IMG/VR virus record: IMGVR_UViG_3300047483_000490
Location: 1 to 64,000 of that record
DNA: 64,000 nucleotides
Strand: one strand, 5' to 3'
Source: a virus
Made by a program: the position numbers and the translations under genes. Positions 38,555 to 48,670 of the stretch are shown here, one piece after another; the first letter of the stretch is position 1; the number at the start of each line of letters is the position of its first letter. The notes below the pieces were generated by a model. That model worked only from the letters and a program-made list of their open reading frames with translations, was not told where the DNA came from and made no database searches.

Positions 38555-39241
38555 ATGGCATTATCATCAGGAGGATCTATCTCCATGGGACAAATAGCAA
38601 CAGAAACAGGTGTAGCATTATCAGGCGTATCTTTGTATAACAGATCTAGAGTAATGTCTAGATCAAATCCATACGGATATTATCCTGGGAGTATGACATC
38701 TACGCCGGATTCTATGAGTGAATTTAGAGGAACTACATTTGCAAACGTACCGCAATCGTCTTGTTTGTTAGAAGGAACTTTAATTTCAATGGCTGACGGT
38801 TCAACTAAAAGAATTGAGCAATTAGTAGCTGGAGATTCATTAAAAGGTGTAAGCATTGAAGGTTTACCTTTAGATGAAACATTACACTTCGCTTGGACTG
38901 CTAAAAATCCAAACATTACATTGTCAGATACCATTGTAGTTAACGCTACTAAAGTAGAAGCATTTGCACTTTACAATATTAATGGTGGATTACTTAAAGC
39001 TACTGCAGAACACATTCACTTGGTAAAAAGAGAATTAACATACATGTTCGTTCAATCATCTGAACTTTTAGAAGGTGATATTTTATTAGATGGTGAATTA
39101 AAAGAAATTACTATTACAAGTGTTGTTAATGAAAAATTAACAGAAGGTAAGAGTGTTAACGTTTACTTAATTGACGTAGAAACAATCGATTTATTTATTG
39201 CTAATAACATCATTACACACAACAAGAAACCTTTACAATAA
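38555..39241 (+). CDS. Hint-domain (intein-like) protein
   Basis: CLLEGTLISMADGS.K.IE.L..GD block A, TAEH block B, IITHN block G. Confidence 0.85.
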   Translation: MALSSGGSISMGQIATETGVALSGVSLYNRSRVMSRSNPYGYYPGSMTSTPDSMSEFRGTTFANVPQSSCLLEGTLISMADGSTKRIEQLVAGDSLKGVSIEGLPLDETLHFAWTAKNPNITLSDTIVVNATKVEAFALYNINGGLLKATAEHIHLVKRELTYMFVQSSELLEGDILLDGELKEITITSVVNEKLTEGKSVNVYLIDVETIDLFIANNIITHNKKPLQ

Positions 39242-39263
39242 TATTTGCATATTATTAAATTTT

Positions 39264-39290
39264 AAAGCCAATCGAAAGATTGGCTTTTTT
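39264..39290 (+). terminator. intrinsic terminator
   Basis: aaagccaatc-gaaa-gattggcttt + U tract. Confidence 0.85.
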
Positions 39291-39340
39291 ATTGTAAACT
39301 TTTTTAAGAAGATAGATATAACATCTAAACTTAAAGATAC

Positions 39341-40306
39341 ATGAATTTAACAGGCATACACGTATTTAAATCGGTTTCAGCTTCAAGTTACTCAGAACAC
39401 GTTTTGATGATTCAAACAATTTCTGCTCTTGAATGGAAGAAACACAATGGTCCAATTCACTTATACACTACTAAAAAGGACTTAAAGTTTTTTGAAGCTT
39501 TAGGTATGGATCAATTATATGACAATATCAACACTGATGTTTTAGAACAAAAAGACGACATTTATTGGCCTCATTTCGGTGCAGCTAGTAAAATGAAAGT
39601 TTTAAATTCTATTGAAGAATTTCCAGTTGCATTTATTGACAATGATTTAATTTACAGAGAAAAAATTGAAATCAAAGATGAGAGTATCATCTATCTACAT
39701 GACGAAGGGCGCTTTCATAAAAACTATCCACCTTTAGATTTCTTAAGCAAAAGAGATGGTTATGAATTTCCACAGATGGAATCCTTAGAAACATGTCACC
39801 CAATCAATGTTGGTTTATTCGTTATTAATGACGTTAAACTAAGAGATGAATATTGTGCTTTAGCAATGGATTTCATGACTAAAAATTCTAAGAAACCAGC
39901 ACCTGTGAAATGGGCACCAGAAGGTCTTAGAATATTTTGGAAACCATTATTTGTTGAGCAAAGATTACTTTCAGCAGTCGTAGATAATGGCAAATATAAA
40001 AAGCGTCAATTGTTTCCATACACTTACATGGGAGATACTTTAAGATGGAGATCTTGGGAAACAGGCGAAGAATACACACACGGTGAATTAGCGCAAAGAG
40101 AAACTTTAACTTGGTTTCACTTATGGGGTGAAAAAGTAGAGTACTCTAGACCTGAAGGTCAATCATTAAAAATCAAAGTTTTCTATAACTTATTAAGTGC
40201 TTTACAAAACAGTGGGCCTAAAGCGTGGGTAATTAGACAAAATCTAATAGATTTTTTAAAATACAAAGAACAAGATTTACAAGAAGAATTAGGATATAAA
40301 ATTTAA
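39341..40306 (+). CDS. putative GT-A glycosyltransferase-like protein
   Basis: K...., FIDND DxD motif, NVGL, VEQ, HLWG. Confidence 0.55.
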   Translation: MNLTGIHVFKSVSASSYSEHVLMIQTISALEWKKHNGPIHLYTTKKDLKFFEALGMDQLYDNINTDVLEQKDDIYWPHFGAASKMKVLNSIEEFPVAFIDNDLIYREKIEIKDESIIYLHDEGRFHKNYPPLDFLSKRDGYEFPQMESLETCHPINVGLFVINDVKLRDEYCALAMDFMTKNSKKPAPVKWAPEGLRIFWKPLFVEQRLLSAVVDNGKYKKRQLFPYTYMGDTLRWRSWETGEEYTHGELAQRETLTWFHLWGEKVEYSRPEGQSLKIKVFYNLLSALQNSGPKAWVIRQNLIDFLKYKEQDLQEELGYKI

Positions 40307-40309
40307 CAT

Positions 40310-41068
40310 ATGAAAAGCAAATTAATAACAGTAGGATCTGAACACGACTTGCATATTTATAAAGAGTGCATTGTTTCTCAAGCGGTTTGGGCTAAAAAAC
40401 ATGGCATTGAACATGAGATTATAGAAACCGAAGTTGATAAAACAGGTAATTGGATTTTCTATGAGAATTTTATCACAACTTTAGTTGATAATGAAGAAAC
40501 TGTAGTTATCGCAATGATGCCAGAAGTAATGGTATTAGAAGACTTTAGTAATCCATTTTTGCTAGACAAAGATTTAATAGTTGTAAATTCAGGAGACATT
40601 GCTGTGATAGCTGGTAGATTCTCTGGCAGCATCTTACAAAGAGCTAATTTACTGCAGTCGCTAGCCTTTAAAGACACACCTCACTCATCTTGTGACTTAG
40701 GGTTACATGTGTTAGATACTAAAGTAAAAAACTATATTCATTTCATGGCAGGTATCTCAGGCAAGCCAGAATATCCGTGTATGTCGGGTTTAAATAACTC
40801 ACACGGTTTTGAAATGCATGCAAAAACATACAAAGATGAAGCTCCTGGAATCAAGTATAATTATTCATCTTATGCTAATCAATTTTACAGAGGTGGTGAT
40901 TTCGCAGTTAATTTAAAAGTAGCTAATATTGAACTATCAATTGGATTTATTAAAGAATTCAAGAAGATGAAAGAGAGAATAGATACTCTTGTAATGGAAC
41001 TATCTCATTTTGAAAAAGATGTTTTAGAGCCAGTAACAGAGGATGAAACGCTTAAAAATAACGTATAA
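40310..41068 (+). CDS. hypothetical protein (possible degenerate glycosyltransferase)
   Basis: WAKKHG, Y.GGDF resemble GT34-like proteins weakly. Confidence 0.45.
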   Translation: MKSKLITVGSEHDLHIYKECIVSQAVWAKKHGIEHEIIETEVDKTGNWIFYENFITTLVDNEETVVIAMMPEVMVLEDFSNPFLLDKDLIVVNSGDIAVIAGRFSGSILQRANLLQSLAFKDTPHSSCDLGLHVLDTKVKNYIHFMAGISGKPEYPCMSGLNNSHGFEMHAKTYKDEAPGIKYNYSSYANQFYRGGDFAVNLKVANIELSIGFIKEFKKMKERIDTLVMELSHFEKDVLEPVTEDETLKNNV

Positions 41069-41073
41069 CCTTA

Positions 41074-41433
41074 ATGCCGAAATGCGATAGACATCTATGG
41101 GACGAGTTAGATAAAGAACCTTGTTGGAGATGCGAAGAATTAAGATATAAAAAACCAAATATTATGGCAACAGAAGCTTGTATTTCATGTGGTTGTGACA
41201 CTCGAGTTAACGTCGATACACATATAGAATCTAGAATGTATTATGAAGTTGGTGTTGGACAGTTATGTTCAAAATGTTATAACACATCAAATTCTTTAAC
41301 AGAAGATTATAGCGCACCTAAAAAGTTTGGTGCAAATGAAAATGTAAATAGAGTAGTAATTGATGCTAGACTAATCAATGATACACCTAATGATCAAGAA
41401 TTGGGTGAAAAGATCAGAAGACTTTTAGATTAA
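41074..41433 (+). CDS. hypothetical Cys-rich protein
   Basis: CISCG, GQLCSKCY. Confidence 0.55.
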   Translation: MPKCDRHLWDELDKEPCWRCEELRYKKPNIMATEACISCGCDTRVNVDTHIESRMYYEVGVGQLCSKCYNTSNSLTEDYSAPKKFGANENVNRVVIDARLINDTPNDQELGEKIRRLLD

Positions 41434-41441
41434 TTATATAC

Positions 41442-41598
41442 TGTACCGTGGCGAAAAGCATTAGCGCGGCATACGCACCCACCTGTCTCGTGGGCGTGGA
41501 CAAAGAAATAGATTGATAATATGGGGTAGACCACCAGCTTGCAAGCGTTATGTTATCAATTGAATCTCCACTTGGTGGTTCGAATCCATCCGGTACAG
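41442..41598 (+). ncRNA. tRNA-Asp(GUC)-like RNA with enlarged D loop and ~80-nt variable arm
   Basis: tgtaccg/cggtaca acceptor, cccac-ctgtctc-gtggg, ggtgg-ttcgaat-ccatc. Confidence 0.7.
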
Positions 41599-41624
41599 CC
41601 TGCAATTTTCATGATATATAAATC

Positions 41625-42143
41625 ATGAAAAAAATAACTAAAATAGGAAAGAAAGGATTAGACTTAATCAAATCTTTCGAAGGACTCGCTTTAAAACCAT
41701 ATTTGTGCCCGGCCGGCGTACCAACAATAGGTTACGGTTCTACTTTTTATGAAGATGGTACAAAAGTTACATTAAAAGACAAAAAAATTACAGAAGCTAG
41801 AGCTGTTAAAATATTGCTTCATGAGATTACTGTTTCTGAAAAATATGTAGACGTTTTCTGTCAAGATAAAATTAATCAAAATCAATTTGATGCACTTGTT
41901 AGTTTTATTTATAATATAGGACCAAATGCTCTAAAATCAAGTACATTACTAGTTAAGTTAAATAAGAATGTTAACGATCCTACAATTAAGGATGAATTTT
42001 TAAAATGGTGCAAAGCTGATGGAACACATAATGGTAAAGATGATGATAATGATGGTCTTATTGACGAGGCTGGTGAAAAACAAATACTAGAAGGCCTTTT
42101 AAAAAGAAGAACGGCCGAAGCCGCTCTTTATTTTTCTAAATAA
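41625..42143 (+). CDS. lysozyme / endolysin (GH24)
   Basis: FEG...PY.CPAGVPTIGYG, NQFDALVSF.YN.G, GL..RR.AE. Confidence 0.92.
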   Translation: MKKITKIGKKGLDLIKSFEGLALKPYLCPAGVPTIGYGSTFYEDGTKVTLKDKKITEARAVKILLHEITVSEKYVDVFCQDKINQNQFDALVSFIYNIGPNALKSSTLLVKLNKNVNDPTIKDEFLKWCKADGTHNGKDDDNDGLIDEAGEKQILEGLLKRRTAEAALYFSK

Positions 42144-42726
42144 TATCTTTAGACTCTATTAAAGTATAACTAAAATGGTTGCCATGAATTTTGGCAGCCA
42201 TTTTACATATCTGCATAAATTGATCAAAGTCTTTGACTCTTTTAAAGACTTGACAACCTTCAGACCAATTTTCTACCCAAGTGGAATCTCTACCAGCTTT
42301 GTGAATATTAATACCAAATGCACCTGTTTCAGTTTTAGTTTCATCAAATACTAAATCTTTATTAGCATCTCTATAAACTTTAACGTCTCCGTTACGTTGA
42401 CATAAAGCGTCATATTTACCTTGATGCTTGTCAATTTTCCAAACACCTCTATATTGGTTAGGGACTAATCTTGCAACACCACCTTTTGCTGCACCTTCTA
42501 ACATTCCTTTTTTACCTGGCTCTGTGGTTGCATTCCAAATAAAGAATTGCCAAACTCCATCAATTCTAAATGAAATGGTTAAAAAATCATCAAAGACATT
42601 AGTGACTTTTTTACCAGTACCAGAATTTCTAATACCTACAATATTCACGTCATAATCTTTATTGGAATTGAACCAAAGATATTTTTTAGCTTTGACTGCT
42701 TTTTCTATTTGTTGTCTTGTATACAT
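42136..42726 (-). CDS. putative peptidoglycan hydrolase (L,D-transpeptidase-like fold)
   Basis: GINIH...WSEGCQV His/Cys motif. Confidence 0.6.
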   Translation of the reverse strand: MYTRQQIEKAVKAKKYLWFNSNKDYDVNIVGIRNSGTGKKVTNVFDDFLTISFRIDGVWQFFIWNATTEPGKKGMLEGAAKGGVARLVPNQYRGVWKIDKHQGKYDALCQRNGDVKVYRDANKDLVFDETKTETGAFGINIHKAGRDSTWVENWSEGCQVFKRVKDFDQFMQICKMAAKIHGNHFSYTLIESKDII

Positions 42727-42788
42727 GATTGTGATTATTTTTAGAAACTTTTACTATTTATCGAATATAATGACTAAACGTTATTATT

Positions 42789-43439
42789 ATGGAAGTAAAA
42801 TTTGCAGATACATTCGGTGATTCAATTAAAAGATTAATCATGCATCAAACTTGGTGGTATAAAACTTATGAAACAGTAAGATATAACATCCCAGCCTTTT
42901 TAAAAAATATTTATAGATTTCGTAAAGTCTTATGGAATCATAGATGGTGGGACTATCGTTATACATTAGAAGCTTTACAAACTTCATTAGAAATAATGGA
43001 AAGTAAAATGCACGATGGTATGGAAGTTTTTGAATCTCGAGGTAAAAAGATTGCAAAGATGCAACGAGCTATTCAGATTCTTAAGAATATCAATGAAGAT
43101 AATTACATTGAAATGGCTGAAGCTGAATTAGGTGAAATCATGCATCATGAGTGGGAATTCGAAGAAACTGGCGATACAACTGACAATCCATTTGGTGAAA
43201 AAAACGAAAAGCTTTACAGATTAGTTGATAATGAAACTGATGAAGAAAAAGAGCATAATCGTAAGGTTTATGATAGAACACACGAGCTAGAAGAGCAAGA
43301 GTGGAATGAACTATGGGAAATCTTCAAAGGTAAAAATTACAAAGAATATCACGACAGTTTAAGCGAAGAAGAACGTAATGATCCTAAAAATTACGATAAC
43401 TGGTTCGATGGTTCTGGTATGCAGGGCTGGTGGGATTAA
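42789..43439 (+). CDS. hypothetical protein
   Basis: Conserved phage-type ORF ending GWWD. Confidence 0.7.
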   Translation: MEVKFADTFGDSIKRLIMHQTWWYKTYETVRYNIPAFLKNIYRFRKVLWNHRWWDYRYTLEALQTSLEIMESKMHDGMEVFESRGKKIAKMQRAIQILKNINEDNYIEMAEAELGEIMHHEWEFEETGDTTDNPFGEKNEKLYRLVDNETDEEKEHNRKVYDRTHELEEQEWNELWEIFKGKNYKEYHDSLSEEERNDPKNYDNWFDGSGMQGWWD

Positions 43440-43532
43440 ATTGTTCGTAACTTTTTGAAAAATAATTAAGCCCAGATTTTTTAGTTTGGGCTTTTTTTCG
43501 TATATTTACAGAGTAATTAAAAGATAAACAAC

Positions 43533-44447
43533 ATGGAAAATTCAATTAAAGTAGGTTATGATTCTCAAACTGGTTTATATGTAGTTAAAACTATCTATAA
43601 CAAAACTCTTATTGTTAACGGGAAACCATTAGTAGATGCCTTGAGAGGTACTTCAAATGGAGCAGAGTTAGTTACAATTTCTGAGAAACCAGAAACTATC
43701 ATATACAAAAATACTATTCGAAAGTTAATCGGTTATGATAACACAGAAGACATGACTACGATTGGTTTAACTGAATATAATAAAATTCTTGAAAAGATCA
43801 ATTCGACTCGAGAATATGATGAAGATTCTGAGCAATATGATTATGCTACATTAGAAGATGAAGTATTTGCTGTACGTTTCTTTAGAACTTATAAAGCAAT
43901 TTATGAAAGTGTTGAAGAGATTCATAACATGGAAATCGAGATCATTGAATATCCAGTAAGTGCTTATAAGAACATTGTTCCATTACACTCAATGGATGCT
44001 AAACATATCCTTGAAACTAATTGTAAATTTACACCAAACAACAATGAATTATTCTTCGAAGTTTGTGCAAGTTATGGAATTGACAAGAGTAGAATCGATA
44101 TTCCTACACATTCTGGTTTGAGATTTGTTAAAATCGGTGGTTCTTATGTTAGTGGAATGGAAGATTTCGATAAAACTGCAAGTCTTTCTATTATTTCAAC
44201 TTACGAGAATTGTATCGACAGAATGAACGATAATCGTAAGAAATTAGAAGACTTAATTAGTTTTCATATTGCAAAACAATCTCAAAAGAAAGTAAGCGAT
44301 GCAACCATTGGAAACTTATTGACTCAATTACAATATTTGCAAAATTCAGTTAGAAGTTTAGATGTTAAAGCAAAAGAAGGTAATTCACAAAGATCAATTT
44401 TAACTAGAGTTGGTGAATTAATTAACACTTATAAAGAACAAGCGTAA
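43533..44447 (+). CDS. hypothetical protein
   Basis: Follows class I promoter. Confidence 0.7.
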   Translation: MENSIKVGYDSQTGLYVVKTIYNKTLIVNGKPLVDALRGTSNGAELVTISEKPETIIYKNTIRKLIGYDNTEDMTTIGLTEYNKILEKINSTREYDEDSEQYDYATLEDEVFAVRFFRTYKAIYESVEEIHNMEIEIIEYPVSAYKNIVPLHSMDAKHILETNCKFTPNNNELFFEVCASYGIDKSRIDIPTHSGLRFVKIGGSYVSGMEDFDKTASLSIISTYENCIDRMNDNRKKLEDLISFHIAKQSQKKVSDATIGNLLTQLQYLQNSVRSLDVKAKEGNSQRSILTRVGELINTYKEQA

Positions 44448-44650
44448 TGAAAGTCATATTAATATTATTAGCTCTCGTTTTATTTTCATGTAAATCAGCA
44501 GAAGAATCGATCAAAGATTATAGCTACACAAACGAGTGGCATTTTGAAAATGGGCAAAGATATCAAGTTTATCAAACTAAAGGTGGAACTCAGTATGTTT
44601 TAGTCTTGAATAAAAGAGAATCAAAATTTATTAGAAAATACTTAAAATAA
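44447..44650 (+). CDS. small lipoprotein
   Basis: Lipobox LFSC. Confidence 0.6.
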   Translation: MKVILILLALVLFSCKSAEESIKDYSYTNEWHFENGQRYQVYQTKGGTQYVLVLNKRESKFIRKYLK

Positions 44651-44718
44651 GTAGCTAAATATTTTTTTATATCAAAAAGATTTGGTATATTTACATATCT
44701 AATTAAAACAAAGAAATT

Positions 44719-45036
44719 ATGTTTCCATACAGTGCAATTATAGCGGCAAATCTTTTAAATAAAAAAGGAGGCCAAAGACAAGCAAATCAACCTAAGATTG
44801 ATACATTAAACGAATATACATTATTAGCTCCTGAGCAATTTTATAATATACTTACTGCAAGAGCACGTGAAGCTGGTATCTGTGAAATGGCTGATATGAT
44901 TTCAAATTGGCAAAACTTTGATTCTTTGTCAGATGTTAAGAAAAGATTGTTTTTGAATGAGTACGCTCCTCTTGATTGTTTAAAAGATAAACCAACTATA
45001 GTAGAACGAATTAAAGATTATTTTAAATCATTGTAA
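44719..45036 (+). CDS. hypothetical protein
   Basis: Follows class I promoter. Confidence 0.6.
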   Translation: MFPYSAIIAANLLNKKGGQRQANQPKIDTLNEYTLLAPEQFYNILTARAREAGICEMADMISNWQNFDSLSDVKKRLFLNEYAPLDCLKDKPTIVERIKDYFKSL

Positions 45037-45037
45037 T

Positions 45038-45376
45038 ATGAGAGTTGGTGTAATAGGCACAAGATACTTCAATGATTATGATTTGGTGTGCTCTACTCTC
45101 GATAAACTTAAAACTAGAGTAGATTGTATTGTAAGCGGTGGAGCTAAAGGCGCCGATTCTCTTGCTGAAAAATGGGCTAAATCTAATGAAATTAAAACAA
45201 TCATTTATAAACCAGATTGGTCTTTAGGAAAGAGAGCAGCCGCACTTAGAAACATTAAAATCGTAGAGGCTAGCGATATAATAATTGCATTTTGGGATGG
45301 CATTTCCAAGGGAACCAAAATGACAATGGACATGGCCAAAAATGCTGAAAAACCAGTATTTTGTATTAAATATTAA
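45038..45376 (+). CDS. SLOG-family protein (YspA/DUF2493-like)
   Basis: G.R.F.DY, VSGGAKGAD, RN..IV, AFWDG.SKGT. Confidence 0.85.
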   Translation: MRVGVIGTRYFNDYDLVCSTLDKLKTRVDCIVSGGAKGADSLAEKWAKSNEIKTIIYKPDWSLGKRAAALRNIKIVEASDIIIAFWDGISKGTKMTMDMAKNAEKPVFCIKY

Positions 45377-45450
45377 AAATAATCGCTTAAATATTTTTTT
45401 ATATCAAAAGTATTTTGTATATTTACATATCTAATTAAAACAAAGAAATT

Positions 45451-45789
45451 ATGAACACATCAATTAAATTATTTTTTGCATTAATCGCAGCTTTAATCAT
45501 TGCAGCAATTTATGTTAATGTTAAAGCTTACAACCACGTCGAAACTCATACTGTAAAAGTAGAAGGTAAAGAACGTATCACAGAACAAACTGGAAAAACA
45601 ATTACGTCATTCTATGTTGTATATACTGATAAAGGTACATTCAAATTAGAAGATGATATGTTACGTGGTAACTATTATTCAAGTGATGTATATGGAAAAC
45701 TTAAACAAGATTCTACGTATACAATCAAAACTTCAGGTTACCGCATTGGATGGGCAAGCGAATATCCTAACATTATAGAAGTTAAGTAA
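45451..45789 (+). CDS. hypothetical membrane-anchored protein
   Basis: N-terminal TM; GYRI....YPNI. Confidence 0.65.
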   Translation: MNTSIKLFFALIAALIIAAIYVNVKAYNHVETHTVKVEGKERITEQTGKTITSFYVVYTDKGTFKLEDDMLRGNYYSSDVYGKLKQDSTYTIKTSGYRIGWASEYPNIIEVK

Positions 45790-46043
45790 TGTTAAGTCCA
45801 GCAAAATACGTAATCGTTGATGGATGTGCAATCATATTCTCAGCAGCGATCCAACACAAAGATATGGTTGGTTACAATGAAAAAGCAACAGGTGCAGGAT
45901 TCGTAAGATTTACAACAGAAGTTGATAGTTACGGAGAAACCATCATCAAAGTAATTGCTTATGGTAAATCAATTTCTTTAGGAATCGAATCACAAGAAGA
46001 TGATTCAAGAATATTAACAAGTCAAATCACTAATACTTATTAA
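45789..46043 (+). CDS. hypothetical protein
   Basis: Coupled ORF. Confidence 0.6.
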   Translation: MLSPAKYVIVDGCAIIFSAAIQHKDMVGYNEKATGAGFVRFTTEVDSYGETIIKVIAYGKSISLGIESQEDDSRILTSQITNTY

Positions 46044-46044
46044 G

Positions 46045-46449
46045 ATGAAAAAACATTATTTCGAATTAGACAAAATAGAGTCAATTACTCTAACACATGA
46101 AACAGAAACATCATATAGATGGATGGATTCAATTCCAGCTCGTCCTAAAACATTCTTAGGATTTAAATATGGCATGGAACCTGAAATTCCAGCAGGTTGG
46201 AATGACTACATCAGAGAAGATGGTACAGATCGATATCCATGGGACAGAAAAACTTCAGAGTATTTTGAAGAGTATGAGTGGCTCAAAGTATTACCATTTC
46301 GTATTCGTAACAAAGCGAATGTTTCTATTTATTTAAGTTACAAGCATAATTTACGAATGTACTTTGATTCAAATGAAGCAGCTCAGACATATGTTGATGA
46401 TTTAATCTTAGGCTCAGACAAAAAATTTCACGTAATCATAAACAAATAA
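46045..46449 (+). CDS. hypothetical protein
   Basis: ORF track. Confidence 0.6.
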   Translation: MKKHYFELDKIESITLTHETETSYRWMDSIPARPKTFLGFKYGMEPEIPAGWNDYIREDGTDRYPWDRKTSEYFEEYEWLKVLPFRIRNKANVSIYLSYKHNLRMYFDSNEAAQTYVDDLILGSDKKFHVIINK

Positions 46450-46574
46450 AATTATGAAACACTTTTCAATAGCATTAATTTACATTACATTCTTTAGTTT
46501 AATCGGATTTGCATGTTATTTTACAAAGTCCGGATGGCCATTATGGGCATTAGTATTTACACCAACATATTCAA

Positions 46575-46871
46575 ATGAAGATGACGAATAAAAACGAATT
46601 CTTAGAAATTGATGGTTTATATTTTGAGTCTGAAACGCACGAGTGGTTTCACGACAAAATCTCTACACAATATGCTCAAAGTGATAATGGTCTTAATAAA
46701 GATGCTTTAAAGAATATTTTTTGCTTTGTTACAAGAAATAAAGAAACTGGAGAATATGATAGGGTAATGATGGACTCCAAAACCAATGAGGTTATATTTG
46801 ACACAAAAGAATTAGAAATTATGGGTTTTGAAATTGACAGACTAAAGGTAATGAAACGATTTAAAATATAA
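46575..46871 (+). CDS. hypothetical protein
   Basis: ORF track. Confidence 0.55.
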   Translation: MKMTNKNEFLEIDGLYFESETHEWFHDKISTQYAQSDNGLNKDALKNIFCFVTRNKETGEYDRVMMDSKTNEVIFDTKELEIMGFEIDRLKVMKRFKI

Positions 46872-46874
46872 GTT

Positions 46875-47285
46875 ATGAAAGACGTACTAGAATGGATGAA
46901 AAGTCCAGCAGGCCAAAAATCAATGGAAGAATACTTTGAGAAGCTTGCCAAAAAGGACGCCATTGAAAGAGCAAGAGCCCAAAGAATTAAAGATCATTTT
47001 ACTAATGCTAAAGAATTTGATCAGATAATGCAAAGAGTTCTTAAAAAGCAAGAGATTTATGATGCACGTCATTATAAGACTTATTCTGAAAGACCTTTAC
47101 ACGTTACTAATTTGTTATGGGAACTTGCATCGAGTGAAGGAAATGAAATTGATCCAATTGATGGCTTGACTGAAAGCTTTCCTTCAGGGATCTATGATTA
47201 CTTTGGTTATCAATTTGCAATCACACATGGCCAAGGAAGTGTATTAAGTATTTACAAAAACAAAGAATGTATTTATAGAAGTTAA
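46875..47285 (+). CDS. hypothetical protein
   Basis: ORF track. Confidence 0.6.
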   Translation: MKDVLEWMKSPAGQKSMEEYFEKLAKKDAIERARAQRIKDHFTNAKEFDQIMQRVLKKQEIYDARHYKTYSERPLHVTNLLWELASSEGNEIDPIDGLTESFPSGIYDYFGYQFAITHGQGSVLSIYKNKECIYRS

Positions 47286-47287
47286 TT

Positions 47288-47722
47288 ATGGCATCATTTT
47301 TAGACAAAAAGTTAGATTTTAAACCAGCAATTGAAGCTCTTAAAAGAGTGCTTGGTATTTTATTTCCATTCAGTGCTTTTATAAAAAGCAAGAATGACAC
47401 GTATCACGTCGGAACCATATACAATACCAAACATGGACATCCAGTGACTATAAGATCTGAAAAGATAATGTCACAATACGAAAGAATGTATGGTAAGATT
47501 GACTCTCAATTTGCGTTAGACACTGTGAAGATGGGAATCAAACGAGAAATCTGTGATGAAATCATGAGAAGCGATCTATTCGAATGGTCAATTGAAGATA
47601 CCGCAATGGGAACTAGAGTTGCTGCAAGAGTATCGGTTTTAAATTTTAATTCAGAAAATACGAATGGAACTTCAGGAAATGCTGGAAATCTAGGAACTTC
47701 TGGAGGTCGATCATATTATTAA
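47288..47722 (+). CDS. hypothetical protein
   Basis: ORF track. Confidence 0.6.
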   Translation: MASFLDKKLDFKPAIEALKRVLGILFPFSAFIKSKNDTYHVGTIYNTKHGHPVTIRSEKIMSQYERMYGKIDSQFALDTVKMGIKREICDEIMRSDLFEWSIEDTAMGTRVAARVSVLNFNSENTNGTSGNAGNLGTSGGRSYY

Positions 47723-47794
47723 AAATAATTAACATTATATTTTTTTATCTCAAAACTTTTGTGTATATTTACATATAATTAAAAACAACATATC

Positions 47795-48670
47795 ATGATA
47801 CAGAAATTAAACTTAGTTGACTTAGAAAATTCAGATATTAAATATAAAATCTCTAGATTTCCAGATGGACAACAATCAATCACATTAGATATGGTTGATG
47901 CAGATTTACCTAACAAAATTACAGTAAGTATTACAAGTAGGTTAAATTCATTTAAGGATTTAGAAATTATTATCTCAGCTAATCAAGCACTAAGAGAATT
48001 CTCTTATGTTGAAAACGTTAAGTTAAATGTGCCTTATTTCTTAGGAGCACGTTCTGATCGTAAATTTGAAGCTGGCACTAGTAACTATCTTAAAACAGTT
48101 ATTTGCCCAATCATCAATGCACAAAACTTTTCAAGAGTGACAGTCTTAGATCCTCACTCAGATGTGTTAGAAGCTTGTTTGAATAACTATCACAAGCATA
48201 ATAACCATCGTTTAGTTAAAGATGCTTTAACAAAGATCGATAACAAAGATGGAGCACAAAGTCGAATCTGTCTAGTAAGCCCAGACGCAGGCGCTTATAA
48301 AAAGATCTTTGATGTTGCTAAAGAATTTAAGATTGATAATATTATCACAGCTTCTAAAGTACGAGATATTAAAACCAGTAAGATTCTTAGAACTGAGATT
48401 CCAACATTAGACCAACACAACGATATAAAATACGCAATCATAGATGATATTTGTGATGGTGGTAGAACTTTCATTGAATTAGCAAAGGCTATTAAAGGAA
48501 GCAGACCAACGGCTAAAGTTTATTTAATCGTAACGCATGGTATTTTTAGTGCTGGTTTCAAAGAATTAGCTCAGCATTTTGAAGGTATTTACACTACAAA
48601 TTCTTATAGAGATGTTGCTGATAATGAATACGAAGAAAAAACAAACACAACAACATTTAACATATTCTAA
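47795..48670 (+). CDS. prs: ribose-phosphate pyrophosphokinase homolog
   Basis: FPDG, PY..GARSDR, DPHS, SPDAGA, IIDDICDGGRTF, THGIFS. Confidence 0.9.
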   Translation: MIQKLNLVDLENSDIKYKISRFPDGQQSITLDMVDADLPNKITVSITSRLNSFKDLEIIISANQALREFSYVENVKLNVPYFLGARSDRKFEAGTSNYLKTVICPIINAQNFSRVTVLDPHSDVLEACLNNYHKHNNHRLVKDALTKIDNKDGAQSRICLVSPDAGAYKKIFDVAKEFKIDNIITASKVRDIKTSKILRTEIPTLDQHNDIKYAIIDDICDGGRTFIELAKAIKGSRPTAKVYLIVTHGIFSAGFKELAQHFEGIYTTNSYRDVADNEYEEKTNTTTFNIF

